IMG/VR virus record: IMGVR_UViG_3300010334_000030
Span: 77,055 to 141,054 of that record
From: a virus
Reading direction: 5' to 3' (one strand)
DNA: 64,000 nucleotides
The notes below the pieces were generated by a model. That model searched no databases. It was not told where the DNA came from and saw nothing but the letters and a program-made list of their open reading frames with translations. The position numbers and the translations under genes were made by a program. Shown here in pieces: positions 18,426 to 29,062 of the stretch (positions are counted from its first letter, which is position 1; the number at the start of each line of letters is the position of its first letter).

Positions 18426-21400
18426 TTATTCAAATTTAGATTTAGGAGTATTAAGTCCTCCTGTGCTAATATTATATTTATCAGGTGGTTTTAGATTCCC
18501 TAAATTTATTGGGGGTTCCATTAAAAAATCTCCAGATACTGGCGGATAATCCCTTCCAAGATCACCTCTTACTCTGGATGAAGAGATAGAAGGCGTTGGA
18601 GGATACACTGTCCCTGGAGGCTCGTTATTAAAAGTATTTAAAGGGTTGCCCATATCAAGATCAGGTCTCTGCTGTGAATATACCGGATTAGATCCTAATC
18701 CCTTAGCTGGATCCGAATATAATTTTTGATCGTAAACACCAGGGGTATTTAGTGAATTGCTGTCGTATTCATTCTTGTAAGTAGAACCATAGCTTCCCGC
18801 TCCGAGACTGGATGTATTTGAATCCATTATTGGATTTGAATTTCTATAAATACTACCAAAAATTTCTTGCTGGTTTAAATCTGTACCTGCCCCATAATTA
18901 GACTTCTCTTTTCCGAGATCTTTCCCTGGATGTGTTGGATATACATCTGAGTTTTGTATATTGGAATACACGCTTTTAAATTTATCAAAACCTTCTTCTG
19001 TATTTTTAGGGTATGCCCTTTCGTTTATTCCTGGATAAGCTCTATCAGGTAATCCCAGATCTTTTCCTGGAATATTTGTATAAACGTCTCCTGGTGTTCT
19101 GGAATACACGCTTTCAATAGGATCAGAATTTCCTCCTCTCGATTCAGGATACACTTTTTCATTTATTCCGGGATAAGCTCTGGAAGGTAATCCTAGATCT
19201 TTTCCTGGGCTATCCTGATAAACATCCCCAGTTGTTTTAGAATATACCCTATCAGGAGATCCTAGATCTTCTCCAGGAACATTAGGATATTCATCACCCT
19301 CTGGAGATTTATAAACTCTATTAGGAACACCTAAATTTTTACCCGGGGTTTCTGGGTAAACATCACCAAAAGTTTTAGGGTATACGCTATTAGGATCTCC
19401 AAGAGCATCACCAGGAACATTAGGATATTCATAACCCTCTGGAGATTTATAAACTCTATTAGGAACCGATAGATCATTTCCTGGTGATCCTGGATAAACA
19501 TCACCAAAAGTTTTAGAATATACCCTATCAGGAACACCGAGATCATCACCAGGAACTTTAGGATATGAGTCTATACCGGGGGTTTCATAAAATCTATTCG
19601 GGATCTCTAAATCCTTTTCTGTTCTATTTGGATAAGCATCGCCAGAAGTTTTAGGATATACCCTATCAGGAACTCCAAGATCATCGCCAGGAACTTTAGG
19701 ATATACATCTCCACCGGGAGATCCGTAAAATCTACTAGGAACACCTAAATCTTTACCTGGTGTTTCTAGATAAAAGTCACCTGAGATTTTATCATATACT
19801 TTTTCTGGAGATATTGTACCATCAACATTGGATTTAGGATATTCATTTCCATATGGTGATTTATAAACCCTATCAGGGTTTCCTAAATCTTTACCTGGGG
19901 TTTCTGGATAAATATCGCCTGGCGTTCCTGGATATACTCTATCAGGAACTCCAAGATCATTTCCAGGAACTTTAGGGTACTCGTCTCCTGAAGACGGAGG
20001 GTATGCTCTATTTGGAACTCCTAAATTTTTGCCGGGGGTTTCTGGGTAAACGTCAACTGGTGTTCTGAAATACACACTTTCAAGAGGCGATCCAGTATTG
20101 TTATCAGTGACTCTAGGATACTCATCCCCTGTTGATTGAGTATAGGTTCTAGATGGTAGTCCTAAGTCTTTCCCTGGATTTTCTGGGTAAACATCTCCTG
20201 AAGTTTTACCATATACTCTATCAGGAACTCCAAGATCATTTCCAGGAACTTTAGAATAAACATCACCAGTAGACGAAGGATACGCTCTAGAGGGTAGTCC
20301 TAAATCATCCCCAGGAGAATTTGGATACACATCTCCGAAAATATTCGGATAAATTCTACCAGGGACTCCTAGATCCTTACCAGGAGATTTAGAGTACTCG
20401 TCTCCGAAAGGTGATTCGTAAAATCTGTTAGGAACCCCAAGAGCCTTTCCTTGACTATCAGGATAAACGTCGCCCTGAGTTCTTGGATAAACTCTATTTG
20501 GAGCACCAAGATCATCACCTGGAACTTTAGAATAGACGTCGCCATCAGGGGATTCGTAAAATCTGTTAGGCAAACCAAGGGCCTTTCCTTGACTGTTCGG
20601 ATAGACATCACCGGATGTGGTCGGGTAAACTCTATCAGGAACACCTAAATCTTCACCTGGGTTTTTAGGATAAGCATCGCCTTCTGGTCCACCATATAGT
20701 CTATTCGGAACGCCCAAATCTCTTCCCGGGCTATCTGAATAAACATCTCCAGATGTTCTTGGGTAAATTCTATCAGGAACCCCAAGATCTTCGCCAGGAA
20801 CTTTAGGGTATACGTCTCCAGAGGGCTGGCTATATAATCTATTAGGAACACCTAGATCATTCCCTGGATTATTTGGATAGGAGTCACCAGTAGTCTTAGG
20901 ATAAATTCTCTCAGGAGAACCAAGATCGTCGCCAGGAACTTTAGGGTATACATCTCCTCCAGGAGATCCGTAGAATCTATTTGGAAGTGATAGATCACTA
21001 CCTGGACTGTTTGGATAAACATCGCCAGAAGGTGCTTGATAAACTCTATCAGGAACCCCGAGATCATCACCAATAACTTTAGGATATGCATCACCGTTTG
21101 GAGATCCGTAAAATCTATTAGGAACCCCCAAATCCCTTCCAGGGCTGTTTGGATAAACATCGCCAGAAGGTGCTTGATAAACTCTATCAGGAACCCCTAG
21201 ATCTTCTCCTGGAGACTTCGTATAAAGATCCCCGGAAGGCTGACCGTATAGTCTGTTAGGAACCCCCAAATCCCTTCCAGGGCTGTTTGGATAAACATCG
21301 CCAGAAGGTGCTTGATAAACTCTATCAGGAACCCCTAGATCTTCTCCTGGAACTTTATAGTATGCATCGCCTTCTGGAGATTTGTAAACCCTATTCGGAA

Positions 21401-24371
21401 GTCCTAGATCTTCCCCTGGGCTATTTGGATAGACGTCTCCAGAAGGAGTTTGATAAACTCTATCAGGAGCTCCTAGATCTTCCCCTGGAACTTTAGAATA
21501 CATATCCTCATTCAATGACCCATAAATTCTATTAGGAAGTCCAAGATCTTCGCCTGGTGACTTTGAGTAAACATCGCCTGATGTGGTTGGATAAACTCTA
21601 CCAGGGACACCCAGATCTTCTCCAGGAACTTTAGAGTATACATCTCCCTCAGTGGGTGCATAAACCCTACCAGGAAGTCCTAAATCAGGGCCAGGAGAAT
21701 TTTGGTAAACATCACCAGCAGGATTTGGATAAACCCTATTAGGAACTCCAAGATCATCGCCAGGAACGGTTTGATAAGCATCACCATTAGGTAAATTGTA
21801 CTCTCTGTTAGGTAATCCAAGATCCCTACCTGGCGAATTTGAATAAACATCTCCCGACGGTGTCGGGTATATTCTATTGGGAACACCTAGAGAATCTCCA
21901 GGTACCTCCGGATAAGCATCTCGATTACCTGGAGATTCGTATATCCTATTAGGAAGACCTAATTCACTCCCAGGAGAATTGGAATAGACATCTCCTGAAG
22001 GGGTTTGATAAACCCTATCAGGAACACCTAAATCTTCTCCTGGTGATGTTGGATATAAATCACCTGATGCTACTTGATAAACTCTATCTGGAACACCTAG
22101 ATCCTGTCCTGGAGATGCTGAATAAACATCACCAGATGGATTGTTATAAATCCTATCAGGAATCCCTAGATCAGCTCCAGGAACTCCGGTATAAGCATCA
22201 CCAGAAGCTTCAGGATAAGCCCTGTCAGGAAGACCTAGATCTCTTCCTGGACTGTTTGAATAAACATCTCCTTGAGGATCTTGATAGACTCTCTCAGGAG
22301 CTCCAAGATCTTTACCTGGAACTGTTGGATATACATCACCACCTGGGGATCCATAAATTCTGCTAGGAACACCCAGATCATTACCTGGACTGTTTGAATA
22401 AACGTCGCCTGATGGGGTTTGATAAACCCTTTGGGGAGATCCAAGATCCTGCCCAGGAACGGTTGGATACTCGTCGCCACCAGGAGATGGATAAGCTCTT
22501 GTTGGTAGGCCCAAATCTGATCCTGGTGAAGTTGAATAGACATCACCTGTCGGTTTTACATAAACTCTTTGTGGTGATCCAAGATCCTGTCCAGGAACTG
22601 TTGGATACTCGTCACCGCCAGGTGATGGATATGCCCTTGTTGGAAGGCCTAAATCTGAACCAGGTGAGTTTGGATATGCATCCCCTGTTGGTTTTACATA
22701 AACCCTTTGTGGTGATCCCAGATCCTGACCAGGAACTGTTGGATATTCATCTCCACCTGGTGATAGATAAGCTCTTGTTGGTAATCCTAGATCTGCCCCT
22801 GGAGAAGATCTATAAGCATCATCCCTGACAGTAGGGTAAACTCTTTGAGGAACTCCGAGATCTTGACCGGGTGATGTTGGATATTCATCACCACTTGGAC
22901 TATTGTATGCTCTTTGAGGAGGTCCACCCAGTCCTCCCCCTTGTGGTCCAGCCAACCTTGAGTTTCCACCGCCTAGACCCTGCAAGAAGTTTTGAGCATT
23001 ATTAAAAGAAAGATTATTTCCATTCAGTAAAGCAGTATTAAAATTATAGGCATTTCCTAAAATGGTTCGATCTACACCAGATAGAGATCTAGTAATGGAT
23101 GAAACCCCCTCGTTGATCAAATCATTTAGAGAGTTACCTATAAAATTTGTCAATAGATCCTTTCCAAGTTCAAGTATTCCTTGTAGTCCGGTTTTGGGGT
23201 TTGGTGCTTTTGGTGCTTGTTGAACAGACGATCTTGATCCGTCCCAGCTATCCCCAAGTATTAAAGGATTTCCGTCTAGTCTAATATTAGGAAACTGCGA
23301 TCTCATTCTAACACGACCAACATGTATTTTGAATCCCTGTGTCACTATATCAGGGGAGATAGTTCCTGGTGTCATTATATTTTGGACTGGAGTACTTTCA
23401 CTGAAATCAAATTCGCAATTTCTACACTCAAAAACAATAACGGGTTTGATCCCAGACTGATCCTGTTGATTTTTAAAGGCAGCTAAATCGTTATTAACTC
23501 CAGCTGTATTTAAAATACCTCCGACAAAAGAGTTAAATGGATTAGCTGGATTTGTTCCTCCCCCTACTCCATACTGTTGATTCTGTCCTGCTGCAGCTTC
23601 CTCCGCTCCAAGAGAAGTTCCTGGATTTTTTGCATTGCCAAGAAGTGTTGATAGGTTGTCTATTGTTTTGAGTGTAGCAGAGGACCCTATAAGTCTAGAA
23701 GTTTTAAAGAAATTTCTTATCTCCGTAACAAAGATATACATCATAAATCTTCTGAGGTTTCTAGGTACCAGCTCTCTCATATTATCATAATCAAAAGTGG
23801 CTTGATTGTATAGAGTAGCTAATGCGGTTATTCTTAGATTTAAAGATTCTAATGTTTTAAATTCCAGGACTTTTCCTGCAGTTCTTTGTGGATTAAAATT
23901 AGAAGCGGAATCGTCAGGAAATCCACCTCTGGTAACTTTAGCTAAGGCATCAAGCCCAGTAATCGATTGTAAAAACCAAGGGTAGTTGTCAACAAGATCT
24001 CGCAGCGTTTCCTGAAATTGAAGAAGCATATCCGATCTTTTTCCTCCTGTTCTAAATCCATCCTCTCTGTCAGCTAAATATCCGCTTGCTGAGTAGAATG
24101 AGATTTCTCCAGCAGGTCCTGGTGTTTTAAATTCGTACATTGGCTGGCTGAATGGATTTCTGGCAGCAAAACTACTAAGATCCGCTCCTGTTAAATAGTT
24201 TTCTTTTTTTAAAAGAGGACTAGGAGGCAGACCGTCATCAGGATCAACAGGTAAAACACCAAAATCAAAAACAACTTTAAACCCAAGGTATGTTGGGTCC
24301 TCATAATTTCCCTGTTTAGAAAGTTTAAACCCTTTTAAAAAGAGACTCCTTTGTTTATCTGTTGCTGACAT
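18426..24371 (-). CDS. Baseplate/tail-module protein: globular N-terminal domain (possibly tube-initiator-like) plus about 1340 aa of 23-aa tandem repeats
   Basis: 1981-aa ORF between the spike and hub genes; repeat consensus GDxYPxxPGxDLGxPxRxYxxP; GATAAATA motif at 24394-24401. Confidence 0.6.
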   Translation of the reverse strand: MSATDKQRSLFLKGFKLSKQGNYEDPTYLGFKVVFDFGVLPVDPDDGLPPSPLLKKENYLTGADLSSFAARNPFSQPMYEFKTPGPAGEISFYSASGYLADREDGFRTGGKRSDMLLQFQETLRDLVDNYPWFLQSITGLDALAKVTRGGFPDDSASNFNPQRTAGKVLEFKTLESLNLRITALATLYNQATFDYDNMRELVPRNLRRFMMYIFVTEIRNFFKTSRLIGSSATLKTIDNLSTLLGNAKNPGTSLGAEEAAAGQNQQYGVGGGTNPANPFNSFVGGILNTAGVNNDLAAFKNQQDQSGIKPVIVFECRNCEFDFSESTPVQNIMTPGTISPDIVTQGFKIHVGRVRMRSQFPNIRLDGNPLILGDSWDGSRSSVQQAPKAPNPKTGLQGILELGKDLLTNFIGNSLNDLINEGVSSITRSLSGVDRTILGNAYNFNTALLNGNNLSFNNAQNFLQGLGGGNSRLAGPQGGGLGGPPQRAYNSPSGDEYPTSPGQDLGVPQRVYPTVRDDAYRSSPGADLGLPTRAYLSPGGDEYPTVPGQDLGSPQRVYVKPTGDAYPNSPGSDLGLPTRAYPSPGGDEYPTVPGQDLGSPQRVYVKPTGDVYSTSPGSDLGLPTRAYPSPGGDEYPTVPGQDLGSPQRVYQTPSGDVYSNSPGNDLGVPSRIYGSPGGDVYPTVPGKDLGAPERVYQDPQGDVYSNSPGRDLGLPDRAYPEASGDAYTGVPGADLGIPDRIYNNPSGDVYSASPGQDLGVPDRVYQVASGDLYPTSPGEDLGVPDRVYQTPSGDVYSNSPGSELGLPNRIYESPGNRDAYPEVPGDSLGVPNRIYPTPSGDVYSNSPGRDLGLPNREYNLPNGDAYQTVPGDDLGVPNRVYPNPAGDVYQNSPGPDLGLPGRVYAPTEGDVYSKVPGEDLGVPGRVYPTTSGDVYSKSPGEDLGLPNRIYGSLNEDMYSKVPGEDLGAPDRVYQTPSGDVYPNSPGEDLGLPNRVYKSPEGDAYYKVPGEDLGVPDRVYQAPSGDVYPNSPGRDLGVPNRLYGQPSGDLYTKSPGEDLGVPDRVYQAPSGDVYPNSPGRDLGVPNRFYGSPNGDAYPKVIGDDLGVPDRVYQAPSGDVYPNSPGSDLSLPNRFYGSPGGDVYPKVPGDDLGSPERIYPKTTGDSYPNNPGNDLGVPNRLYSQPSGDVYPKVPGEDLGVPDRIYPRTSGDVYSDSPGRDLGVPNRLYGGPEGDAYPKNPGEDLGVPDRVYPTTSGDVYPNSQGKALGLPNRFYESPDGDVYSKVPGDDLGAPNRVYPRTQGDVYPDSQGKALGVPNRFYESPFGDEYSKSPGKDLGVPGRIYPNIFGDVYPNSPGDDLGLPSRAYPSSTGDVYSKVPGNDLGVPDRVYGKTSGDVYPENPGKDLGLPSRTYTQSTGDEYPRVTDNNTGSPLESVYFRTPVDVYPETPGKNLGVPNRAYPPSSGDEYPKVPGNDLGVPDRVYPGTPGDIYPETPGKDLGNPDRVYKSPYGNEYPKSNVDGTISPEKVYDKISGDFYLETPGKDLGVPSRFYGSPGGDVYPKVPGDDLGVPDRVYPKTSGDAYPNRTEKDLEIPNRFYETPGIDSYPKVPGDDLGVPDRVYSKTFGDVYPGSPGNDLSVPNRVYKSPEGYEYPNVPGDALGDPNSVYPKTFGDVYPETPGKNLGVPNRVYKSPEGDEYPNVPGEDLGSPDRVYSKTTGDVYQDSPGKDLGLPSRAYPGINEKVYPESRGGNSDPIESVYSRTPGDVYTNIPGKDLGLPDRAYPGINERAYPKNTEEGFDKFKSVYSNIQNSDVYPTHPGKDLGKEKSNYGAGTDLNQQEIFGSIYRNSNPIMDSNTSSLGAGSYGSTYKNEYDSNSLNTPGVYDQKLYSDPAKGLGSNPVYSQQRPDLDMGNPLNTFNNEPPGTVYPPTPSISSSRVRGDLGRDYPPVSGDFLMEPPINLGNLKPPDKYNISTGGLNTPKSKFE
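18915..22925 (-). repeat. Coding tandem repeat, 69-bp unit with 138-bp higher-order period, about 58 units
   Basis: Near-identical blocks start at 21007, 21145 and 21283 (138 bp apart); SPG and VPG unit types alternate. Confidence 0.95.
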
Positions 24372-24407
24372 TTGACGTTTAAAAAATTTAGTATATTTAT
24401 CCCTATA

Positions 24408-25967
24408 TTAAAATAAATCCCTCGTTGGAGATATTGGAAATGCTTTAGGTAGGGCACCTGAGCTATTTGCATTCCAAACCCTCTTGGCCAAAGTTAAAGA
24501 CTGTCTCATTCTTCCACCCGAATAACTCCAATAAACACTCACCCCAATAACAACATAATTACCAGAAAGAAATAAATCCTGAACCGGCGAGGGGATGTCA
24601 TTCGTTTCTCTATTACTCTGATTACCAGCATTCTGTTGTCTGAGCCCAGTTTCACTAACATAAATTTGAACAGGAACCACTTGACCCCTATAGATTCCAG
24701 GAAAATAGTTTTCTAATTCAACAACTAATGTCATTTTAGTTGCATCATTTATGTTGATTAGATTTTGAAACTTCGCATGAATAAAATTAGGATGTACTCC
24801 ATCACTTGGTGAAATTTTAGAATTTAAAACACCAAGCCATTCTATTCTCTTTTCCTCCTTATAAGAATTATCTCTAGCTCTACCTTTCTGAAGAATAGCG
24901 TCTATTCCAATCTTCTCTGGCGTCTGTGATTCTATATCATATTTTATGTATTTGTTAGAAAGATTTTTTTCTTTCGCGTGTTCATCATAAAATCCTATCT
25001 GATTAACATATCCCATTTGATTAGTGTTAAGACCACTTCTAGAAGTCAAGGTATATCCAATTATAAAATAAGGAATTGTTCCATACCCACTAAGATTAGT
25101 TAAAACTAAAGGCCCTTGAACAGGTCCAGGATCTGGGGTTGCAGCATATTCATTACTAGCTTGATAGCCTCCTCCAACATATCCGGGGAGGTAAACTGCA
25201 ATTTGCTGAGGTGGATCACCATAATCAAACTGTGAGCCAAGATTAACAAAATTGAGATTATAATAGCAATCTATCCAGCAATCAAAAAAACTTTTTTCGT
25301 CGTCCTTGTAAGCACGCAAAGAAACCTCTTGTATAAAATCATAATATGAATATGATGGACATATCCAAGTCATCTTGTCATTTAAGGTCCTGTCATTTGT
25401 GGAAAATCCTAAGTTTAAATCCTGAGAAACCTGGAGCAAGCATTCAGAAGAGGTAACGTCTCTAAATGATTTAATTCGATTAGTATAGAGTCCAGGGATT
25501 CTACATTCACCCATAATGGTGAATTTTAAATTTTTACCTCTGCCTTCGGCATCTTTCCCGCTGGGGTCCATCACACTTGAAGGCTCACTATTCACAGAGA
25601 GAATACTAAAATCCATTCTAAATGGTTTATAGTAATCCCCAGGTGATCTCATGTAAACAGAAGCTATATCACCATCCTTTGGGTAATTCACAGAAATAAA
25701 AACACTTTCTAGTGCATAGAAAGTAAATTTTACAATGGGCAAAAATCCATCTAGATTCAGATCAAACTTTTTTAAATATTTAGTAACACTATATCCATTA
25801 ATGGTTATAAAGGGAACATAAAGACCTATATTCTTTTCGACTACAAATCCATCATCTCTTTCTTTCTGTAGATCGTCTGGGTTCTTTCTTCTATCTACTT
25901 GGACCTGTTCATCCAATTTGATATTGTTTAAAGCTAAAGTTACTATTTGGATATCCTCTAATGACAT
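24408..25967 (-). CDS. Putative baseplate hub (gp27 / late control D-like)
   Basis: D.MTWICP, FFDCWID.YYNLNFVN, IYRGQVV and LSGNYVV motifs; position between the spike-adjacent and gp53-like genes. Confidence 0.6.
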   Translation of the reverse strand: MSLEDIQIVTLALNNIKLDEQVQVDRRKNPDDLQKERDDGFVVEKNIGLYVPFITINGYSVTKYLKKFDLNLDGFLPIVKFTFYALESVFISVNYPKDGDIASVYMRSPGDYYKPFRMDFSILSVNSEPSSVMDPSGKDAEGRGKNLKFTIMGECRIPGLYTNRIKSFRDVTSSECLLQVSQDLNLGFSTNDRTLNDKMTWICPSYSYYDFIQEVSLRAYKDDEKSFFDCWIDCYYNLNFVNLGSQFDYGDPPQQIAVYLPGYVGGGYQASNEYAATPDPGPVQGPLVLTNLSGYGTIPYFIIGYTLTSRSGLNTNQMGYVNQIGFYDEHAKEKNLSNKYIKYDIESQTPEKIGIDAILQKGRARDNSYKEEKRIEWLGVLNSKISPSDGVHPNFIHAKFQNLININDATKMTLVVELENYFPGIYRGQVVPVQIYVSETGLRQQNAGNQSNRETNDIPSPVQDLFLSGNYVVIGVSVYWSYSGGRMRQSLTLAKRVWNANSSGALPKAFPISPTRDLF

Positions 25968-25976
25968 AATTAAGGA

Positions 25977-26567
25977 TTAAGAGTTATTTGGTAAATTGAA
26001 TCCACCTCCACCTGCGGAAGGAGCTAATACAAGGTATCCATTTTTCTTATCGATTGGAGATTCACCTGGCTGTGCAACGTTAGGAGGTAGCATCATCTGT
26101 GGATTGTTTTTAATCTGGCTGTTCAAAAATTTCTTTCTTCCGTCGCTAATTTCAAACTTTTTTTGCTCCTGATTTTTTCTAAATCCCTGATTTGGATTAG
26201 TGTTTGTGTCGCTAGATACCATTTTCTGATTTAAAATCTGTCTAGCATTAAACATATCATCAATTGTTCTGTTATCAGGAACAGCCAAAAGTTGTCCCTG
26301 ATTTAGTGAGAACGGATTACTTATTGCATTAAATTTAAGCAAGGTGCCCATCTGATTTTGATTACCCATTTTAATGGTAGCAATTAAATCGGGTCTCATT
26401 TGGAAATATTCGGTAACTATTGCAAGTGCCTTGTAATCTGGACCGACCCCCTGAAAGCTAATAGAGGGTTTAGTTAAATCCCAAATTCCATAATTCCAAA
26501 GGGTCAATCCAGATGATGGATTAAATACCGATTTATTTCTAACAAGCGTGTCTATCTCTAAAGCCAT
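25977..26567 (-). CDS. Baseplate wedge protein gp53-like (LysM-like)
   Basis: V....MRPDLIA...LLKFN.ISNPF.L..G..L.VP. Confidence 0.7.
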   Translation of the reverse strand: MALEIDTLVRNKSVFNPSSGLTLWNYGIWDLTKPSISFQGVGPDYKALAIVTEYFQMRPDLIATIKMGNQNQMGTLLKFNAISNPFSLNQGQLLAVPDNRTIDDMFNARQILNQKMVSSDTNTNPNQGFRKNQEQKKFEISDGRKKFLNSQIKNNPQMMLPPNVAQPGESPIDKKNGYLVLAPSAGGGGFNLPNNS

Positions 26568-26585
26568 AAAAAAAAATTAAATTAA

Positions 26586-28397
26586 TTAACCCCCACCCGG
26601 AGGAATTTTTTGCCAACTTTGACCGTCCAAATAAGCATTCTTGGTGGCTTCTGATAATACGTTTCCGTTCACATCTCCAGTTGATGCAAAAGATTGTGCA
26701 TTAGCAGAGGTCTTTAATACAGATTGATAAAGTTTACCGTCACCTCTATTAAAGATACTTTCTATCTCACCTCTCTCCCTCTCCCTTCCATGCTTTAACG
26801 TAAACGTCGCCTTTACTCCGGTTGGAAAATCATCAGGTCCAAGCGATTCAGTAAATTCTATTTTAACCCCATCGCAAACAAGATTTCCAATCATAGCAAT
26901 AGGGTTACAAGGATTACCAACAGTTACGTGCCATTCTCCCACTGGTGCACCAGTTAAAAGAGACAATGGCGCCCTATAATTGTCAGTAAGCTCCCCTGAT
27001 ACCGAAAGTTTTATCAATCTTCCAGCTGCAGTACCTAGTGTGTTTTCGAATTGCTTTATTTGATCGACAAATTTTGCTGGATCGTTTCCACCCTCGAGGA
27101 GAAGATTAGAAAGTTTTGCTCTTACATCGTCGACTGCATTTGATTCCGGATCGTTTAAAGTTTTTGTTGTAGCATCGGCAAGTTTATTACCAAAGTCTGT
27201 GAACCATTTGATGGGATTCGAATAATACAGTTCAAGGCCTCTGTCTCCTCCAGGGAATGCGATTGCGGGGGTGTCTGCTTGGTATCGAATATCAGGGGTT
27301 AAGAAATTTCCATAGTTTGTTCCTATTGAAAGAAGATTTGCTAAAATATCCAGCATAGCTGCTTTTGAGTTTACCTCACCAACGGAGGTTAGATCATAAT
27401 CAAAGACCAAAACGATATCATTCCAGGTGAAAGGAAGTCCAGTGGCTCTTACCTGTGTTGTTGTAACTACGTCAACTGACGTCCAAATATATTCACTCAT
27501 CACACCACCTAAATCCTTAGATTTATCTCTAAGTGCTCTTGTTCGTCTAGCTTTAGTTACTGTTTCGTTAGGATCAGTAGCTATAGTCAAACCCTCAACT
27601 ATGCTTCTACCCGCATCATAGATGTTTTTTACCTGTGGACTAATCTTATCTAACGTGGATCCTATAAATGACATTGGGCCTATACCCTGATCACCAGTAA
27701 AAAGACCTTTAGAAAATGCCTCTTGCCTTTTTATCTCCTCTTGTGTTGCTGGAAGCCATTTTAATCCAGTAGTAAAACTGAGTATACCCGAAAGGGAGTT
27801 TCCAGTATTTCCACCAAACCAAGTTATTGCCTGGGCGACAGGTCTTCCGACCCCCTCCGTTATATAAGCCTCATTATCTTTTAATGCTGCAGGGATAGAC
27901 ATATTGTCCAAAACTGGAGTTGGGAATCTTCTTAACGTTATCATGTAATTATTAGGAATAGATCCATAGTATTTACAATAAAGAAAATCCTTCCAGTAAT
28001 AGGGTGCGGAAAGTCCCCCTATAATATTACCAATATATGTAGTTGAAGAAACTATCCCACTTAAGTTTCCAGTGTTTTGCGAAGCAACTGACTCGTTAGA
28101 CATCGTTTCCTTAACTAGCATTCCTGCAGAGGGGTTCTTTGATGCTATAGAAGAAATTGACTTATTAAAAGAAACGGATTCTGATCTATAATAAGCGTTT
28201 TTAAAATCATTCTCGTAGCTTCCTAGAGAGTAGAAAAGAAATTGACCATATTTTGCAGGGTTCCTCTTTCCTGCTTCATAGAATAGCGACTTAGCGGTCT
28301 CTCTCTTAATGGGATTCGCACCAATATTGCTATACTTGGAAATTAAAGTATTGGAGTCAGTCTTGAGTATCTGTTCCCGGAGAAGATCTTCTATCAT
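26586..28397 (-). CDS. Putative baseplate/tail-tube initiator protein
   Basis: C-terminal WHVTVGNP.NP...IGNL.C..V.I.....G.DDFP...K....LK pattern; precedes the gp53-like gene. Confidence 0.45.
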   Translation of the reverse strand: MIEDLLREQILKTDSNTLISKYSNIGANPIKRETAKSLFYEAGKRNPAKYGQFLFYSLGSYENDFKNAYYRSESVSFNKSISSIASKNPSAGMLVKETMSNESVASQNTGNLSGIVSSTTYIGNIIGGLSAPYYWKDFLYCKYYGSIPNNYMITLRRFPTPVLDNMSIPAALKDNEAYITEGVGRPVAQAITWFGGNTGNSLSGILSFTTGLKWLPATQEEIKRQEAFSKGLFTGDQGIGPMSFIGSTLDKISPQVKNIYDAGRSIVEGLTIATDPNETVTKARRTRALRDKSKDLGGVMSEYIWTSVDVVTTTQVRATGLPFTWNDIVLVFDYDLTSVGEVNSKAAMLDILANLLSIGTNYGNFLTPDIRYQADTPAIAFPGGDRGLELYYSNPIKWFTDFGNKLADATTKTLNDPESNAVDDVRAKLSNLLLEGGNDPAKFVDQIKQFENTLGTAAGRLIKLSVSGELTDNYRAPLSLLTGAPVGEWHVTVGNPCNPIAMIGNLVCDGVKIEFTESLGPDDFPTGVKATFTLKHGRERERGEIESIFNRGDGKLYQSVLKTSANAQSFASTGDVNGNVLSEATKNAYLDGQSWQKIPPGGG

Positions 28398-28415
28398 TTA
28401 ATCCATCACTATTTT

Positions 28416-28748
28416 TTATAGTCGGTGGATAGCATACTCTTCCTCTTTTGGTAATTCGGATAAGAAGTTCTCCAAATTACTTTCAAATTCAGGGGTTATG
28501 TTCTTATAGCAAATAAGCATGCTATCACACTTCGTACTATATATTCCCTGAACAATTTTCTTACGAATAGTGTAGTTTAATATAAATTCTGATTCTGTTG
28601 CTAGATTATCTATTTCGTATCCAAGATCCCTTATTATTTTAGAGATGTCTACAATATAAGGGTCCAGCTTTTTAATGCGTGGTTTTTTCCTAGACTCTTT
28701 GGGAGAATTTTTAGATAAGTAGATGTTAAATATTTGCTTTTTGGGCAT
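28416..28748 (-). CDS. Hypothetical protein
   Basis: 110-aa ORF in a tightly packed operon. Confidence 0.6.
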   Translation of the reverse strand: MPKKQIFNIYLSKNSPKESRKKPRIKKLDPYIVDISKIIRDLGYEIDNLATESEFILNYTIRKKIVQGIYSTKCDSMLICYKNITPEFESNLENFLSELPKEEEYAIHRL

Positions 28749-28750
28749 TT

Positions 28751-29050
28751 TTATTCTTCGGTTTCGCTCAATTCATCCCAGTTTGATTTTATCATAAATG
28801 ATTTAAAACTGGTATACTCTGGGGATTCTTGATTCCAATTTTTAAAAGAATCTAATTCCAATTTTACCCCATCCCTATTGACATTCTTCATAATCTCTCT
28901 ATTCTTCATCTCCTGAACAAACATTCTATGCTTGTTTTTTCCCTCCTCTATATTATTAGAAATGTCATCGATGGTTTTCTTTTGGGGAATATTGATTCCA
29001 AGTTGTTTTAATATTCTTCTTTGTTCCTTCTTAGAAATTTGTCCACTCAT
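28751..29050 (-). CDS. Hypothetical protein
   Basis: 99-aa ORF in a tightly packed operon. Confidence 0.6.
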   Translation of the reverse strand: MSGQISKKEQRRILKQLGINIPQKKTIDDISNNIEEGKNKHRMFVQEMKNREIMKNVNRDGVKLELDSFKNWNQESPEYTSFKSFMIKSNWDELSETEE

Positions 29051-29062
29051 ATTTTTACAAAA

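Noticed and set aside
18915-22925. Possible CRISPR array
   Set aside because: Units are multiples of 3, vary at synonymous positions, have no unique spacers and lie within one ORF; no cas genes
19331-22969. Many alternative-frame and antisense ORFs inside the repeat array
   Set aside because: By-products of the periodic coding repeat; no independent starts or promoters
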